Program-made: the position numbers and the translations under genes
In this document: positions 44,235 through 55,875 of the stretch, one piece after another
Position numbering within the stretch: position 1 is the first letter of the stretch
Layout of the letters: each line of letters begins with the position of its first letter
The notes under the pieces: model-generated
Database searches by the model: none
The model's input: the letters and a program-made list of their open reading frames with translations, nothing else
What the model was told of the DNA's origin: nothing
Assembly: GCA_028826165.1 (NCBI GenBank)
Contig: JAPDFW010000075.1
Coordinates: 62,001-126,000, forward strand
Length of the DNA stretch: 64,000 nucleotides
Reading direction: 5' to 3'
Origin: Anaeramoeba ignava BMAN
Taxonomy: Eukaryota > Protista > Anaeramoebae

Positions 44235-47200
44235 TTAAATTCTTAAATTTTTTTTTGGAATGAATACATTTAGATAAGGAAGAACAAAAGGATGGTTTTT
44301 AACTTCTTGTCTTGTTATTCTTTTATTTGGATCAACAGTTAATAAACTTTTAACCAATTCTTTACATTCTTGAGGAACATCCATCTAAAAAAGAAATAAG
44401 AATAAAATTGTTTTTGTTTTTTTTGCTTGTTCAAAAAAAGTTCTCAAAAAAAAATTTTTTTTTTCTTTCTTTACTTTTAATTTTTGAGGAAGTTCTTTAA
44501 CAGTATTTTTTTCATGCATTTTTCTAATTGCTTTTGAAGAAGGTGCTTCATTAAAAGCAGCATAACCAGTAATCATTTCATATAAAATTGCTCCCAAACT
44601 CCATAAATCTGCTTTATAATTATAAGAATCTTCGCGCAAAACCTATTCAAATTGAAAATTGAAAAATTTTTTATCATTTCTTATTTGTTTCAACAAGATA
44701 AAATTATATCTAAATATACTTCTGGTGCCATATATAAAGGAGTTCCACAAATTGTCATTAAAACATCTTCCTTTTTAAATTCTTTTCTTGCTATTTTTGC
44801 GAATCCAAAATCTCTAATTTTATAACAAATCCTAACTTGGATTTTGATGATCTTTTCAATAAAATATTATCTGGTTTCAAATCTCGATGAACCATATTTT
44901 TTTTGAACAAATAATTTAATCCATGAACTATAAAAATATAAAAATATAAAAATATAAAAATATAAAAATACAAGCATTGATTTTTGGAATTGGAATTTTT
45001 TGGATTTAAAAATCAATACAAATTTGTGAAAATATTTCTTTAATTTTTTCGATAGTTATTTCTCTTTTGTTTTTCTCTAAATAGCTCGCTAAAGTGCCCA
45101 TATTACAAAATTCCATTATCATATAAATATTTTGTGACTTTTTTATTTTTAATTTAAATTTGAATTTTTAAATCATTTTGAAAAATGTTTTTTGTTTTTG
45201 AAGTAAATTGAATATACATTTTTATAATCCTTAGGCTCAACACAATATAATTTGATAATATTTCTATGCTTTATTTTTCCATCACTTCAATTTCTTGAAA
45301 AACTTTTGTTGAATGCTTTCTCAATTTTTGATTTTATTGCTTTTTATTGCACAATATTTGTTGTTAGACAAAATTATTCCTTGAAAAACATAACTAAAAC
45401 TTCCTTTTCAAGAAATTTTATTGCTTTTTAAATTCTTGTCCCTATTGGTAATTGTTCTGTTTTTTTCAATTTTGGAGCAATTTGATTTGTATTTTCCTGT
45501 TTATTTTCTTCTAATTTTTGAGATTTCTTTGTTTCTTGCTTATTTTCATTTGATTTTTTTTGGTTTTGATTTTGATTTTCAAATCTATCTTTATTATTTT
45601 TATTGCTCTTTCCTGAATTTTTTTTATCATGATCGTTTGATTTATGATCTCCTTTTTGTTTTTGTTTTTGTTTTTGTTTTTGATTATCTATTTTCTCTTC
45701 ATTATCACTTTTATTTTTTTTGTTTTTATCTTTATTTTTATTTTTATCTTTATCCTTATTTTTATGATCTCCTTTTTCATTTTCATTTTCATTTTCATTT
45801 TTATTATCTTTTTTTCCTGAATGTTTTTTATCTTTCTTTTTATTTTTATCTTTATATTTATGATCTCCTTTTTGGTTTTCATTTTCATTTTCATTTTGAT
45901 TATATTTTTTTCCTGAATGTTTTTTATCAAGATCGTTTGATTTATGATCTCCTTTTTGTTTTTGTTTTTGATTATCTATTTTCTCTTCATTATCACTTTT
46001 ATTTTTTTTGTTTTTATCTTTCTTTTTATTTTTATCTTTATCTTTATCCTTATTTTTATGATCTCCTTTTTGATTTTCATTTTCATTTTCATTTTGATTA
46101 CTTTTATGATTATCTTTTTTTCTTGAATGTTTTTTATCAAGATCATTTGATTTATGATCTGCTTTTTGTTTTTGTTTTTGATTATCTATTTTCTCCTCAT
46201 TATCACTTTTATTTTTTTTGTTTTTATCTTTCTTTTTATTTTTATCTTTATCTTTATCCTTATTTTTATGATCTCCTTTTTGATTTTCATTTTCATTTTG
46301 ATTTTGATTACTTTTATTATTATCTTTTTTTCCTGAATGTTTTTTATCATGATCATTTGATTTATGATCTGCTTTTTGTTTTTGTTTTTGTTTTTGTTTT
46401 TGATTATCTATTTTATCTTCATTATCACTTTTATTTTTTTTGTTTTTATCTTTATTTTTATTTTTATTTTTATCTTTATTTTTATGATCTCCTTTTTGAT
46501 TTTCATTTTCATTTTGATTTTTATTATTTTTATTGTTATCTTTTTTTCCTGAATGTTTTTTATCATGATCATTTGATTTATGATCTGCTTTTTGTTTTTG
46601 TTTTTGTTTTTGTTTTTTATTATCTATTTTCTCTTCATTATCACTTTTATTTTTTTTGTTTTTATCTTTCTTTTTATTTTTATCTTTATCTTTATCCTTA
46701 TTTTTATGATCTCCTTTTTGATTTTCATTTTCATTTTGATTTTGATTACTTTTATGATTATCTTTTTTTCTTGAATGTTTTTTATCAAGATCATTTGATT
46801 TATGATCTGCTTTTTGTTTTTGTTTTTGATTATCTATTTTCTCCTCATTATCACTTTTATTTTTTTTGTTTTTATCTTTCTTTTTATTTTTATCTTTATC
46901 TTTATCCTTATTTTTATGATCTCCTTTTTGATTTTCATTTTCATTTTGATTTTGATTACTTTTATTATTATCTTTTTTTCCTGAATGTTTTTTATCATGA
47001 TCATTTGATTTATGATCTGCTTTTTGTTTTTGTTTTTGTTTTTGTTTTTGATTATCTATTTTCTCTTCATTATCACTTTTATTTTGTTTCTTTTTATCTT
47101 TATTTTTATTTTTATCTTTATCTTTATTTTTATGATCTCCTTTTTGATTTTCATTTTCATTTTCATTTTGATTATTTTTATTATTATCTTTTTTTCCTGA

Positions 47201-48592
47201 ATGTTTTTTATCAAGATCGTTTGATTTATGATCTCCTTTTTGTTTTTGTTTTTGTTTTTGATTATCTATTTTCTCTTCATTATCACTTTTACTTTGTTTC
47301 TTTTTATCTTTATTTTTATCTTTATTTTTATCTTTATTTTTATCTTTATTTTTTTGCTTCTTTTTTTGCTTCTTTTTTTGCAAAGCTATTTGAATTTTAT
47401 CATTTTCAGAATCATTTTCAGAATCATTTTCAGAATCATTTTCAGAATCATTTTCAGAATCATTTTCATCTTCATTATCTGTATTATCACTATCAGTATC
47501 ATTTTCAGTATCATTTTCATTTTCATTTTCAGAATCATTTTCAGAATCATTTTCATTTTCATTTTCATTATCATTTTCATTTTCATTATCAGAATCATTT
47601 TCATTTTCATTTTCATTTTCATTTTCATTTTCATTTTCATTTTCATTTTCATTATCAGAATCATTTTCATTTTCATTTTCAGAATCATTTTCAGAATCAT
47701 TTTCATTTTCATTTTCATTTTCAGAATCATTTTCATTTTCATTTTCATTTTCATTTTCATTTTCATTTTCATTTTCAGAATCATTTTCATTATCATTATC
47801 ATTATTATTTTCATTTTCAGAATCATTTTCAGAATCATTTTCATCTTCATTTTCATCTTCATTTTCAGAATCATTTTTATCTTCATTATCATCATTTTCA
47901 TTTTCATTTTCAGAATCATTTTCAGAATCATTTTCATTTTCATTTTCATTTTCATTTTCATTTTCATCTTCACTAACTGTATTATCACTATCAGTATCAT
48001 TATTATTTTGATTTTGATTTTGATTTTGATTTTGATTTTCATTATCATCTTCACTAACTGTATTATCACTATCATTATTATTATTATTATGATTTTGATT
48101 TTGATTTTGATTTTGATTTTGATTTTGATTTTGATTTTGATTTTGATTTTCATCTTCACTAACTGTATTATCACTATCAGTATCATTATGATTTTGATTT
48201 TGATTTTGATTTTGATTTTGATTTTGATTTTCATTATCATCTTCACTAACTGTATTATCACTATCAGTATCATTATTATTTTGATTTTGATTTGATTTTG
48301 ATTTTGATTTTGATTTTGATTTTGAATTTGATTTTGATTTTGATTTTGATTTTGAATTTGATTTTAATTTTGAATCAGAATCAGAATTTGAATTTGAATT
48401 TGGTATTTTTTTTATAAATTTGAAAATATCTTCATTTTCCTCTTCATTAGTTCTTTCATATTCTTGTTTCTTTTTGTTTTTTGTTTTTTCTTTATTTTTT
48501 TCTTTATTTTTTTCTTTATGTTTTTCTTTATTTTTATTGTGTTTTTCGTTTTTTTTGTGTTTATTTTTTGCTTTTTCACTTTTTTGGTTCAT
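44235..48592 (-). CDS. Ser/Thr protein kinase (ULK/Atg1-like domain) at the C-terminus of a ~1050-aa low-complexity repeat region; several short introns and 1-bp frameshifts in the kinase part
   Basis: KGSFSYVFQG...CAIK, HRNIIKL, MEFCNMGTL, HRDLKPDNILL, DFGFAK, TICGTPLYMAPE, YNYKADLWSLGAILYEMITG, LLTVDPNKRI...HPF. The ORF 45428-48592 runs directly up to the glycine-rich loop. Confidence 0.8.
45620..47300 (-). repeat. Coding tandem repeat of about 8 units of 70-74 aa (210-222 bp), with a 648-bp higher-order period
   Basis: Unit ...SDNEEKIDNQKQKQK(A/G)DHKSND(H/L)DKKHSGKKD...QKGDHKNKDK. Identical shadow ORFs at 46154 and 46802 are 648 bp apart. Confidence 0.92.
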
Positions 48593-48817
48593 TTATTAAT
48601 TTAAAAATAAAAATCAAAACAAAAATTTAAATAAAAAAAAATAAAAAAAAAAGGAAAAAAATGAAATTAAAAAAAAAAAAAAAATAAACAAAACTTAATT
48701 TAAAAAGTGGAATTTTTTTTTTTTTTTCTTCTTTTTTTTTTCTTCTTTTTTTTAATTTTAAATTTTAATTTTAATTTTAATTTTAATTTTAATTTTAATT
48801 TTTAATTTTAATTTTTA

Positions 48818-48850
48818 TTTTTTCATTTTTTTCATTTTTTTCATTTTTTA
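48818..48850 (+). promoter_or_regulatory. Tandem TTTTCATTTT initiator-like element upstream of ChAP paralogue 1 (representative instance)
   Basis: The same sense-strand motif precedes most start codons in the window (7567-7600, 18932-18960 rc, 33990-34024, 38630-38652 rc, 39624-39652, 61378-61400 rc, 61446-61470). Confidence 0.6.
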
Positions 48851-48875
48851 TCTTATTTTGTTTTAAAAAAAAAAT

Positions 48876-51800
48876 ATGTCAGACGTTCTTTCTTTAACAC
48901 ATGAAGCAGAAGAAGCTATTTTTGGAGAATCATTATTAGCAAGAGAAATCCAATTAAAATTAATCAAAACAGGACTTGGACCACTTGATCTTTGTCACGT
49001 AATCAAAACAGAATCATTCAATCACAAAAAAAAAACGAAAACAAATCAAAAAGCACATAAAGTAGTTGGATTTTATCATTATGTAATTGGAGTTGATACT
49101 TCAAATATTGGATCAATTGTGAAATATCTTCATTTATTGTTGAAATCTCAAGAAAATGCACGTTTTTTAAAGAAAAAATGGTCGATTGTTTCGTGTTCTT
49201 ATTATTCTTTTAACGCTTTTTCTAAAATTGACCTTCATATTCATTTCACTCTTCCAAATAAATTGCAATTCTTTTTTATTGATAGAGGTGGTGTTTGTGT
49301 CGATGTTGAACCCCATATCACAAGTCTTATCAGCTCAGTTCAAAAACCAAATGCCTTGAAAACAGAAAACGATGGATTAAATGAATCAACTTTTGATGAG
49401 GATTATTTGAATTATGAAGAGAATTTAAATGAAAAAAATTCAAATCAAAAAAAATTGAAAAATTCAAATGAAAAAAATTCAAATCAAAAAAATTCAAATG
49501 AAAAAAATTTAAATGAAAAAAATTCAAATGAAAATAAATTCAAAAACCAGAAAAATATCAAATTCAGAAACAGAAATTTCCGAAATTCAAAATTTGAACA
49601 AACCAATGATAAAAGCTTTAGTACAACTGAAATTAGCAGTGGAAAAGACTTTGAAGATGATAAAAAATTCTTAATGAGTGATAATTTCGGTATTTCTGAT
49701 GAAAAAAATATTAAAATCAGTCAAAACGATGATGATGATTATGATTATGATGATTATCATATTACTGATAATAATGATAATTACAATTCACAAGATAATT
49801 TGGAAAAATCAAGAATAAACAAGCATACAGTTACTCGAATCAATGCGAATCAATCATCCCAAAAAATTCGCAAGTATCGCAAACAAGCAACAGTTTGGGA
49901 CGAAACACTGATATCTTCGTTCTTTCGGAAAGTCATCTCCCATTATATCAATCCTTTCCAAAAAATTCCGATTGTCAATATTGTCGAAAACCAATTTGAT
50001 TATGAAAATGAAAACCAATTGTTTAATTTAACGGAAGCAGTTTTTTGGAAAGGAAAAAAACTCGGATGTTCACAACCAAGAATAGTCCCATCAAATGGAT
50101 ATAATTTTTATGTTAAATTGGTTCAAAGATATCTTTTTGGGCAATATCGGTTCAACTTATTCATCAAATTTTTCACTCAATTTCTTGATGAAGAGCCAGA
50201 AGTTGCCATCCCAATTAGCAAGGCATATCTAAAACTGAAAGATGCTAAAAGCGCATTAACGGTTTTGACGAATCAATACAAAAAAAAAATCAATTCGGTT
50301 CCGTTGATTTCCCAACTTATCAAAACCCTTCTTGTTTCAAACAAAATAAACAAGGCTGTCAAATTAGCACGTCATTTAACTTCAATTGTGCCTTTCTATC
50401 CAAAGCCTTATTTACTTCTCGCAAAGGCTCATTTACGACAGAAAAACTTCCACAGTGTTCTTGTTAATCTCAATAATATTCCTTTTCAAACAAACAACAA
50501 TTGCTCACGAAACTCAATTATTTGCTTCGATGAAATGTTTCCCACTCCAGCAAGAATAACAATTCCAAATTCGTCCAAATTCAAAGCAAATTTTGAATAT
50601 CTTTGTTCTCAAAATTTTGAAGATCCTATTTTTCTTAAAAAATCAGGCAAAATCCCAGAAATCAAAGAAAAATCAAAATCAAAATTTTCAGATCTTCCAA
50701 GTTTATCTCTTAAAAATCCGTTGGAAAAGAAAATTTACAAAATTCTCATCGACTTCTCAAATGAATATGGCTGGGAGCGAATGATGGAATCGCGTGTTGA
50801 AGTTTTCCAAAAAAATATACGAAGTCTTGTTGGCAACAAAAAAAAGAAAAGAGTTCCTTTTGGAGAAATCATTGATTATAATTTCCAGAATTTTTCCGAA
50901 ATCACTCAAAAAGAAAAAGATGAACTTATTGAGATTATTGAAGAAAACGAAAGCAAAATGATCCAAAAAGCCAAAAACATGAAAAACATGAAAAACATGA
51001 AAAATATGAAAAATATCAAAAAAATCCAAAATCTTAAAAAAATGCAAAACCTCAAAAATATCCAAAATATGAAATCAAATCAAGGAAAAGACACATTGAT
51101 TGATAACCAAGAAAACAGTTACTCAATATCAACAGAAATATCAACAGAAGATTCTTTTGCAAGAAATTTTTGGAACGAAAATGCAAATGAAAATTTAAAT
51201 GAAAAATTTGCTGATGAATCAAATGCATTTTTTTGCGAAGACCATATTAAATTAAATCAAGAAAAATCAACCAAAAGAATCTTAAAACTACGAAGTGCTC
51301 CTGAAGCGCAAATCAAACCCTATTATGTCAGAATCGAATACCAGAAATGGTTGGATATTTTGATTCAATATCTCTATTCTGATCTCAAGTGTTTCAACAC
51401 TTTTCTTAAAAACGAAGAGAAAACAAAAAAGAATTACGAAAATCAAAGCGAAGTTGAAAAATATTCTTATTCCGATTTTGATTTAATTGGAGATTTAGCA
51501 AGAAAATTGAAAAATTTCCGAGTTGCAAAAAATTCTTATATTTTAGCAATTCAATTTTCAGGAAATCGTATCAAAAAAGTCAATCGCAAAATTTGTTTGA
51601 AATTATTGGAAATGAATATCAAAAGAGGAACCTTAAATGAGGTTTTGGTAACTGCTAATCGTTTGCTTTATTATCTTGATAAGAAAATACTTCCTTATGA
51701 AGAAGAGTTTTTGTTTAAAAACACTATTGAAAAATCTATATTTAAACTTATTTTCAGAAATGGTTTGGTTTCTTTAAATAGTTTCATTTCAAAAAGATTC

Positions 51801-51887
51801 AATGAAAAAGATAATAAGATTCATCCAAAATTAAAAGATTTAATTGAACTAGCAAAAAAATTTGAAATTGATGGAACTAAAAGATAA
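48876..51887 (+). CDS. ChAPs family (Chs6/Bch1/Bud7, exomer cargo adaptor) TPR protein, paralogue 1, intronless
   Basis: GESLLARE...GLGPLDLCHVIK, GFYHYVIGVDTS and YSFNAFSKIDL match the ChAPs N-terminus; WDETLISSF; TPR-like LLLAKAHL...VLVNLNNIP; YGWERMMESRVEVF; KWLDILIQYLYSDL. Confidence 0.85.
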   Translation: MSDVLSLTHEAEEAIFGESLLAREIQLKLIKTGLGPLDLCHVIKTESFNHKKKTKTNQKAHKVVGFYHYVIGVDTSNIGSIVKYLHLLLKSQENARFLKKKWSIVSCSYYSFNAFSKIDLHIHFTLPNKLQFFFIDRGGVCVDVEPHITSLISSVQKPNALKTENDGLNESTFDEDYLNYEENLNEKNSNQKKLKNSNEKNSNQKNSNEKNLNEKNSNENKFKNQKNIKFRNRNFRNSKFEQTNDKSFSTTEISSGKDFEDDKKFLMSDNFGISDEKNIKISQNDDDDYDYDDYHITDNNDNYNSQDNLEKSRINKHTVTRINANQSSQKIRKYRKQATVWDETLISSFFRKVISHYINPFQKIPIVNIVENQFDYENENQLFNLTEAVFWKGKKLGCSQPRIVPSNGYNFYVKLVQRYLFGQYRFNLFIKFFTQFLDEEPEVAIPISKAYLKLKDAKSALTVLTNQYKKKINSVPLISQLIKTLLVSNKINKAVKLARHLTSIVPFYPKPYLLLAKAHLRQKNFHSVLVNLNNIPFQTNNNCSRNSIICFDEMFPTPARITIPNSSKFKANFEYLCSQNFEDPIFLKKSGKIPEIKEKSKSKFSDLPSLSLKNPLEKKIYKILIDFSNEYGWERMMESRVEVFQKNIRSLVGNKKKKRVPFGEIIDYNFQNFSEITQKEKDELIEIIEENESKMIQKAKNMKNMKNMKNMKNIKKIQNLKKMQNLKNIQNMKSNQGKDTLIDNQENSYSISTEISTEDSFARNFWNENANENLNEKFADESNAFFCEDHIKLNQEKSTKRILKLRSAPEAQIKPYYVRIEYQKWLDILIQYLYSDLKCFNTFLKNEEKTKKNYENQSEVEKYSYSDFDLIGDLARKLKNFRVAKNSYILAIQFSGNRIKKVNRKICLKLLEMNIKRGTLNEVLVTANRLLYYLDKKILPYEEEFLFKNTIEKSIFKLIFRNGLVSLNSFISKRFNEKDNKIHPKLKDLIELAKKFEIDGTKR

Positions 51888-51937
51888 AAGATAATATTCA
51901 AAAAAATTTTTTATTTTGTTTTGAATTTTTTTGGATT

Positions 51938-54900
51938 TCATTTCAAAGCTTGATTTTTATAAAAAGAAATTAAATCATTAATAATTGAAAGTCTAAATGT
52001 TGCATCATCTTTTAGTTTCAGTTCTTTTAAAATTCCAATATCAATTTTCCCATTTTTTTTAATAAAATCCGGTTTTAAAACCATTTGAAGAAAATTCAAC
52101 ATAAAAATTCCACTTAAATTATTAATAGTTGATTTTTTTGAAGGAAGTAAATATTTATAATTCTTTTCTAAATCCATTCTTGTCAACCATGTCCATTCAC
52201 CATGAGAGCGAAATATCTGAGAATCAAAAATATTTGCGAAAAACTGCAAAACATTCATTAAATCATGAAGAATTCTTAGTTTGTCCGATTCTGGGAACAA
52301 ATCAAAATGAACAATTACTCGACGATTAAAATTCACAACAGCTAATGACCAGTTTATTTCCGTTTTGTTTGGGAGCGTATAAGACTGATTATTGACGGAT
52401 ATTTCCTTGATCGGGATTATGGCCTGATCAAGTTTGAACAATTTATCTTCAAGAATGCTGAATTGCTGAAGAACGAAGTCAGACTTAAGTCCTTCTGAGA
52501 TGAGTTTGGGGTAGAAGTCGATATCAAAAATAAAGAGATTCGAACTTTGAAAGAATCTTTTGTTGAGCGAGTTGATATAAAGTCGAACCATTTCTTCGGG
52601 AAATGATTCCTTCTCGTAAAAACTCCTCATCATCTCCCTTGTTATTTGAGTGCTTTTATAAACAACAAGACTCTCTGAGTTCATGCCTCTGTAAAGTATC
52701 TGCAAACCTTGTCGCAAAAGAAGAGAGTCTTGCTTATCTATAAATGGACTTTCATCTGAAAAAAAATTTGTACTTTGTGCTCGATTTTGTAATTTAGAAA
52801 CGGAATTCGGGTAAAAATATTTTCTTTTATTGCTTGTTGTTTATGTTTCTTTTTCATTATTGAGAGAATTGGATCCGAATTTACCGGATTTATTGCGATT
52901 GTTTTATTCGGTGTTTTTTCCGTATTTTTCTCCTCTTTCTGTATTTTTCTTGCAAGAATTTGCTGTATTTTCTCGTTTTGTATCGTGTTTTTTGGTTTCG
53001 AAATATTGCTTCTAAAAGAGTCTTGAGACCAAACACGCTGTATATCTAAACTTTCAGTAACTTCTTGCAGATCATAATTTGATTCTTGTTCGTTTTTTTT
53101 GTTTTCCATCTCTTTATTTTTCTCTCGCATTCTTTGTTGGACAATTGCATCGATTTTCTTTCTTTTTTCAATTTTCCTCAATCTTTCAAATTCTGATTCT
53201 TCCTCTTGGTTTTCCTTTCTTTCGTTTTCTAATTCTTCTTCTTTTTGTTTCTTTTCTTGGTATTGTTTTTTTTGTAAAAGAATTTGTATTCTTTTTTGCA
53301 TTTCTTCTTGATCTTTTGTATTTTTCAAAAGTGGATTTTGATTTTGAGAATTTTCTTGGTTTTTCAACATATTTATTTGCGAGTTTTTGTCATCAATTAA
53401 ATTTTGCAAACTGCGTTCTTTTGCTATTTTTGTTAAAAGAGGTAATTCCATTATTTCTGCATTTCTTGTGTTCATGATTCTTTTTTTCAAATCTGCAACT
53501 TTTGCTTTTTGTTCCAAAACTTTTTCATGTAATTGATCATGTGATTCCTCATGAAATTCATAATTGCTCATATTTTCTGTTTCAGAATTTGAATTTTGGC
53601 TTGATTCATTTTTCTTGTTAAATTGTTGAATTTTTTCTGAGTTTTCTGTTTGTTCTGAATTGATGAAACTTTCAATTTTTTGAAATTGAAAATTTGGAAA
53701 ATTTTCATCAGAAGAATTTTTTTCATTTGGAATTTCTTTTGGGAAATAAACTTTTTCATCTTCTGGATTTGTTAAATTTTTTTGGGCTGTTGATTTAAAT
53801 AAAATTAATGGAATTTTTCTATCTTGTGGATTTTTTCTAACTTTTATAATTTGTGTTGTTTCCTTTCTAAATTATTTTATAAGAAATTTTAATTTAAATT
53901 TAATTTTCAATTTTTTAATTTTTTTAATTTTAATTTTAATTTTAATTTTAATTTTAATTTTAATTTTTGAAATTGATTTTAATTTTGATTTTTGAAATTA
54001 TTTTAATTTTGATTTTGATTTTTTTAATTTTAATTTTGATTTTGATTTTGATTTTGATTTTGATTTTGATTTTGATTTTGATTTTGAATTTGAATTTGAT
54101 TTTGATTTTGATTTTAATTTTGATTTTGATTTTGATTTTTGATTTTAATTTCATTTTTGAATTTAATTTCATTTCTAAATTTAATTTCATTTTTGAATTT
54201 AATTTCATTTTTGAATTTAATTCCATTTCTAAATTTAATTCAATTTTTGAATTTGATTTCATTTTTGAATTTAATTTCATTTTTGAATTTAATTTCATTT
54301 TTGAATTTGATTTCATTTTTGAATTTGATTTCATTTTTGAATTTGATTTCATTTTTGAATTTAATTTCATTTTTGAATTTAATTTGATTTTTGAATTTAA
54401 TTTCATTTTTGAATTTAATTTCATTTTTGAATTTAATTTAATTTTTAAATTTAATTTCATTTTTAAATTTAATTTAATTTTTGAATTTAATTTCATTTTT
54501 GAATTTAATTTTAATTTTGAATTTGATTTTGAATTTAATTTAATTTTTGAATTTAATTTAATTTTTGAATTTAATTCCTTTTCTAAATTTCATTTCTGAA
54601 TTTAATTTCATTTTTGAATTTAATTCCATTTCTAAATTTAATTTCATTTTTGAATTTAATTCCATTTCTGAATTTAATTTCATTTCTAAATTTAATTTAA
54701 TTTTTGAATTTAATTTAATTTCTAAATTTAATTCCATTTTTGAATTTAATTTCATTTCTAAATTTAATTTCATTTCTAAATTTAATTTCATTTTTAAATT
54801 TAATTTAATTTTTGAATTTAATTCCATTTCTAAATTTAATTTAATTTTTGAATTTAATTTCATTTTTGAATTTAATTTCATTTTTGAATTTAATTTCATT

Positions 54901-55623
54901 TTTGAATTTAATTTCATTTCTAAATTTAATTTCATTTATGAATTTAATTTCATTTATGAATTTAATTTCATTTCTAAATTTAATTTCATTTCTAAATTTA
55001 ATTTCATTTTTGAATTTAATTTCATTTCTAAATTTAATTTCATTTTTGAATTTAATTTCATTTCTAAATTTAATTTAATTTTTGAATTTAATTTCATTTC
55101 TGAATTTAATTTCATTTCTAAATTTAATTTCATTTTTAAATTTAATTTATGTTTGTATCAAATTTCCTTACTCAGAAATACCAAAAGAAGAAGCAGGAAT
55201 ATAACCTTCTTTAATTAATTCACCATATACATTTAAATTCTTTGCAAAAAGCCAACATTCACCATCAATTTTCTCACAAAATGGAATTGAATCTTCATTT
55301 GATCGAATAAGATATTTTTTCCCTTTTATTTTTATTTAAAAAAATTTTTCAAAAAATTAATTTAATTGAATTCATTTTCCTTCAAAGTTTTTAAATATAA
55401 TTTCTCATTTTGAATAAATTTTTCTATTCACCTTCAATTGAAATCAATGTTTCTTTTCCTCTTAATGTTTCAGGATAAGAACTATTTGTTTTTTTACATA
55501 TTAATTCAATCCAAGTTATCTTTTTATTTCATAATTTTTAAATTAAAATTTTAAATTTAGAAATAAATAGAAATTATTATTTTGAAAATTATTTTATTTT
55601 TTTACATTATCATTTGGATTCAT
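51938..55623 (-). CDS. Multi-exon protein with a central coiled coil and a C-terminal Ulp1/SENP (peptidase C48)-like domain lacking catalytic residues
   Basis: ATG at 55623 (MNPNDN|gt); exons at ~55433-55520, ~55172-55323 and 51938-53866 (with frameshifts). The C-terminus EEMVRLYINSL...IFDIDFYPKL...LFKLDQAIIPI...NWSLAVVN...IVHFD...LSGIFMLNF follows the C48 motif order. Confidence 0.6.
53900..55150 (-). repeat. Intronic 18-bp minisatellite (GAATTTAATTTCATTTTT and variants) plus a (GATTTT)n tract
   Basis: Lies between a GTAAGG donor (~55171) and a TTTAG acceptor (~53867) on the minus strand. Confidence 0.85.
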
Positions 55624-55875
55624 TTTAAATTTAGTTAAATTTGGAAAATTTAAAAACACAAAAATGAAAGAAAAAAAGAAAAATGAAACAAAAATTTTTC
55701 TCTTTTTGTCTTGTTTTTGTTTTTTTTTGCTTTTTATTTTTTTCTTAGATCAAAAATTATTCTTTTCTCAAATTATTTTTGCTTTTTATTTATTTCGAAA
55801 AAAAAAAACAAAAACAAGAACAAAAATTTTTCCGTTTTTTTTTTTTGCTTTCATTTCAAATTTCTTTTTCAAATT

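Noticed and set aside
45421-48295. 851-aa and other F/Y/H/I-rich ORFs on the + strand that look like polytopic membrane proteins
   Set aside because: They are antisense shadows of the K/N/E/D coding repeats of the kinase gene and are stop-free only because of repeat composition.
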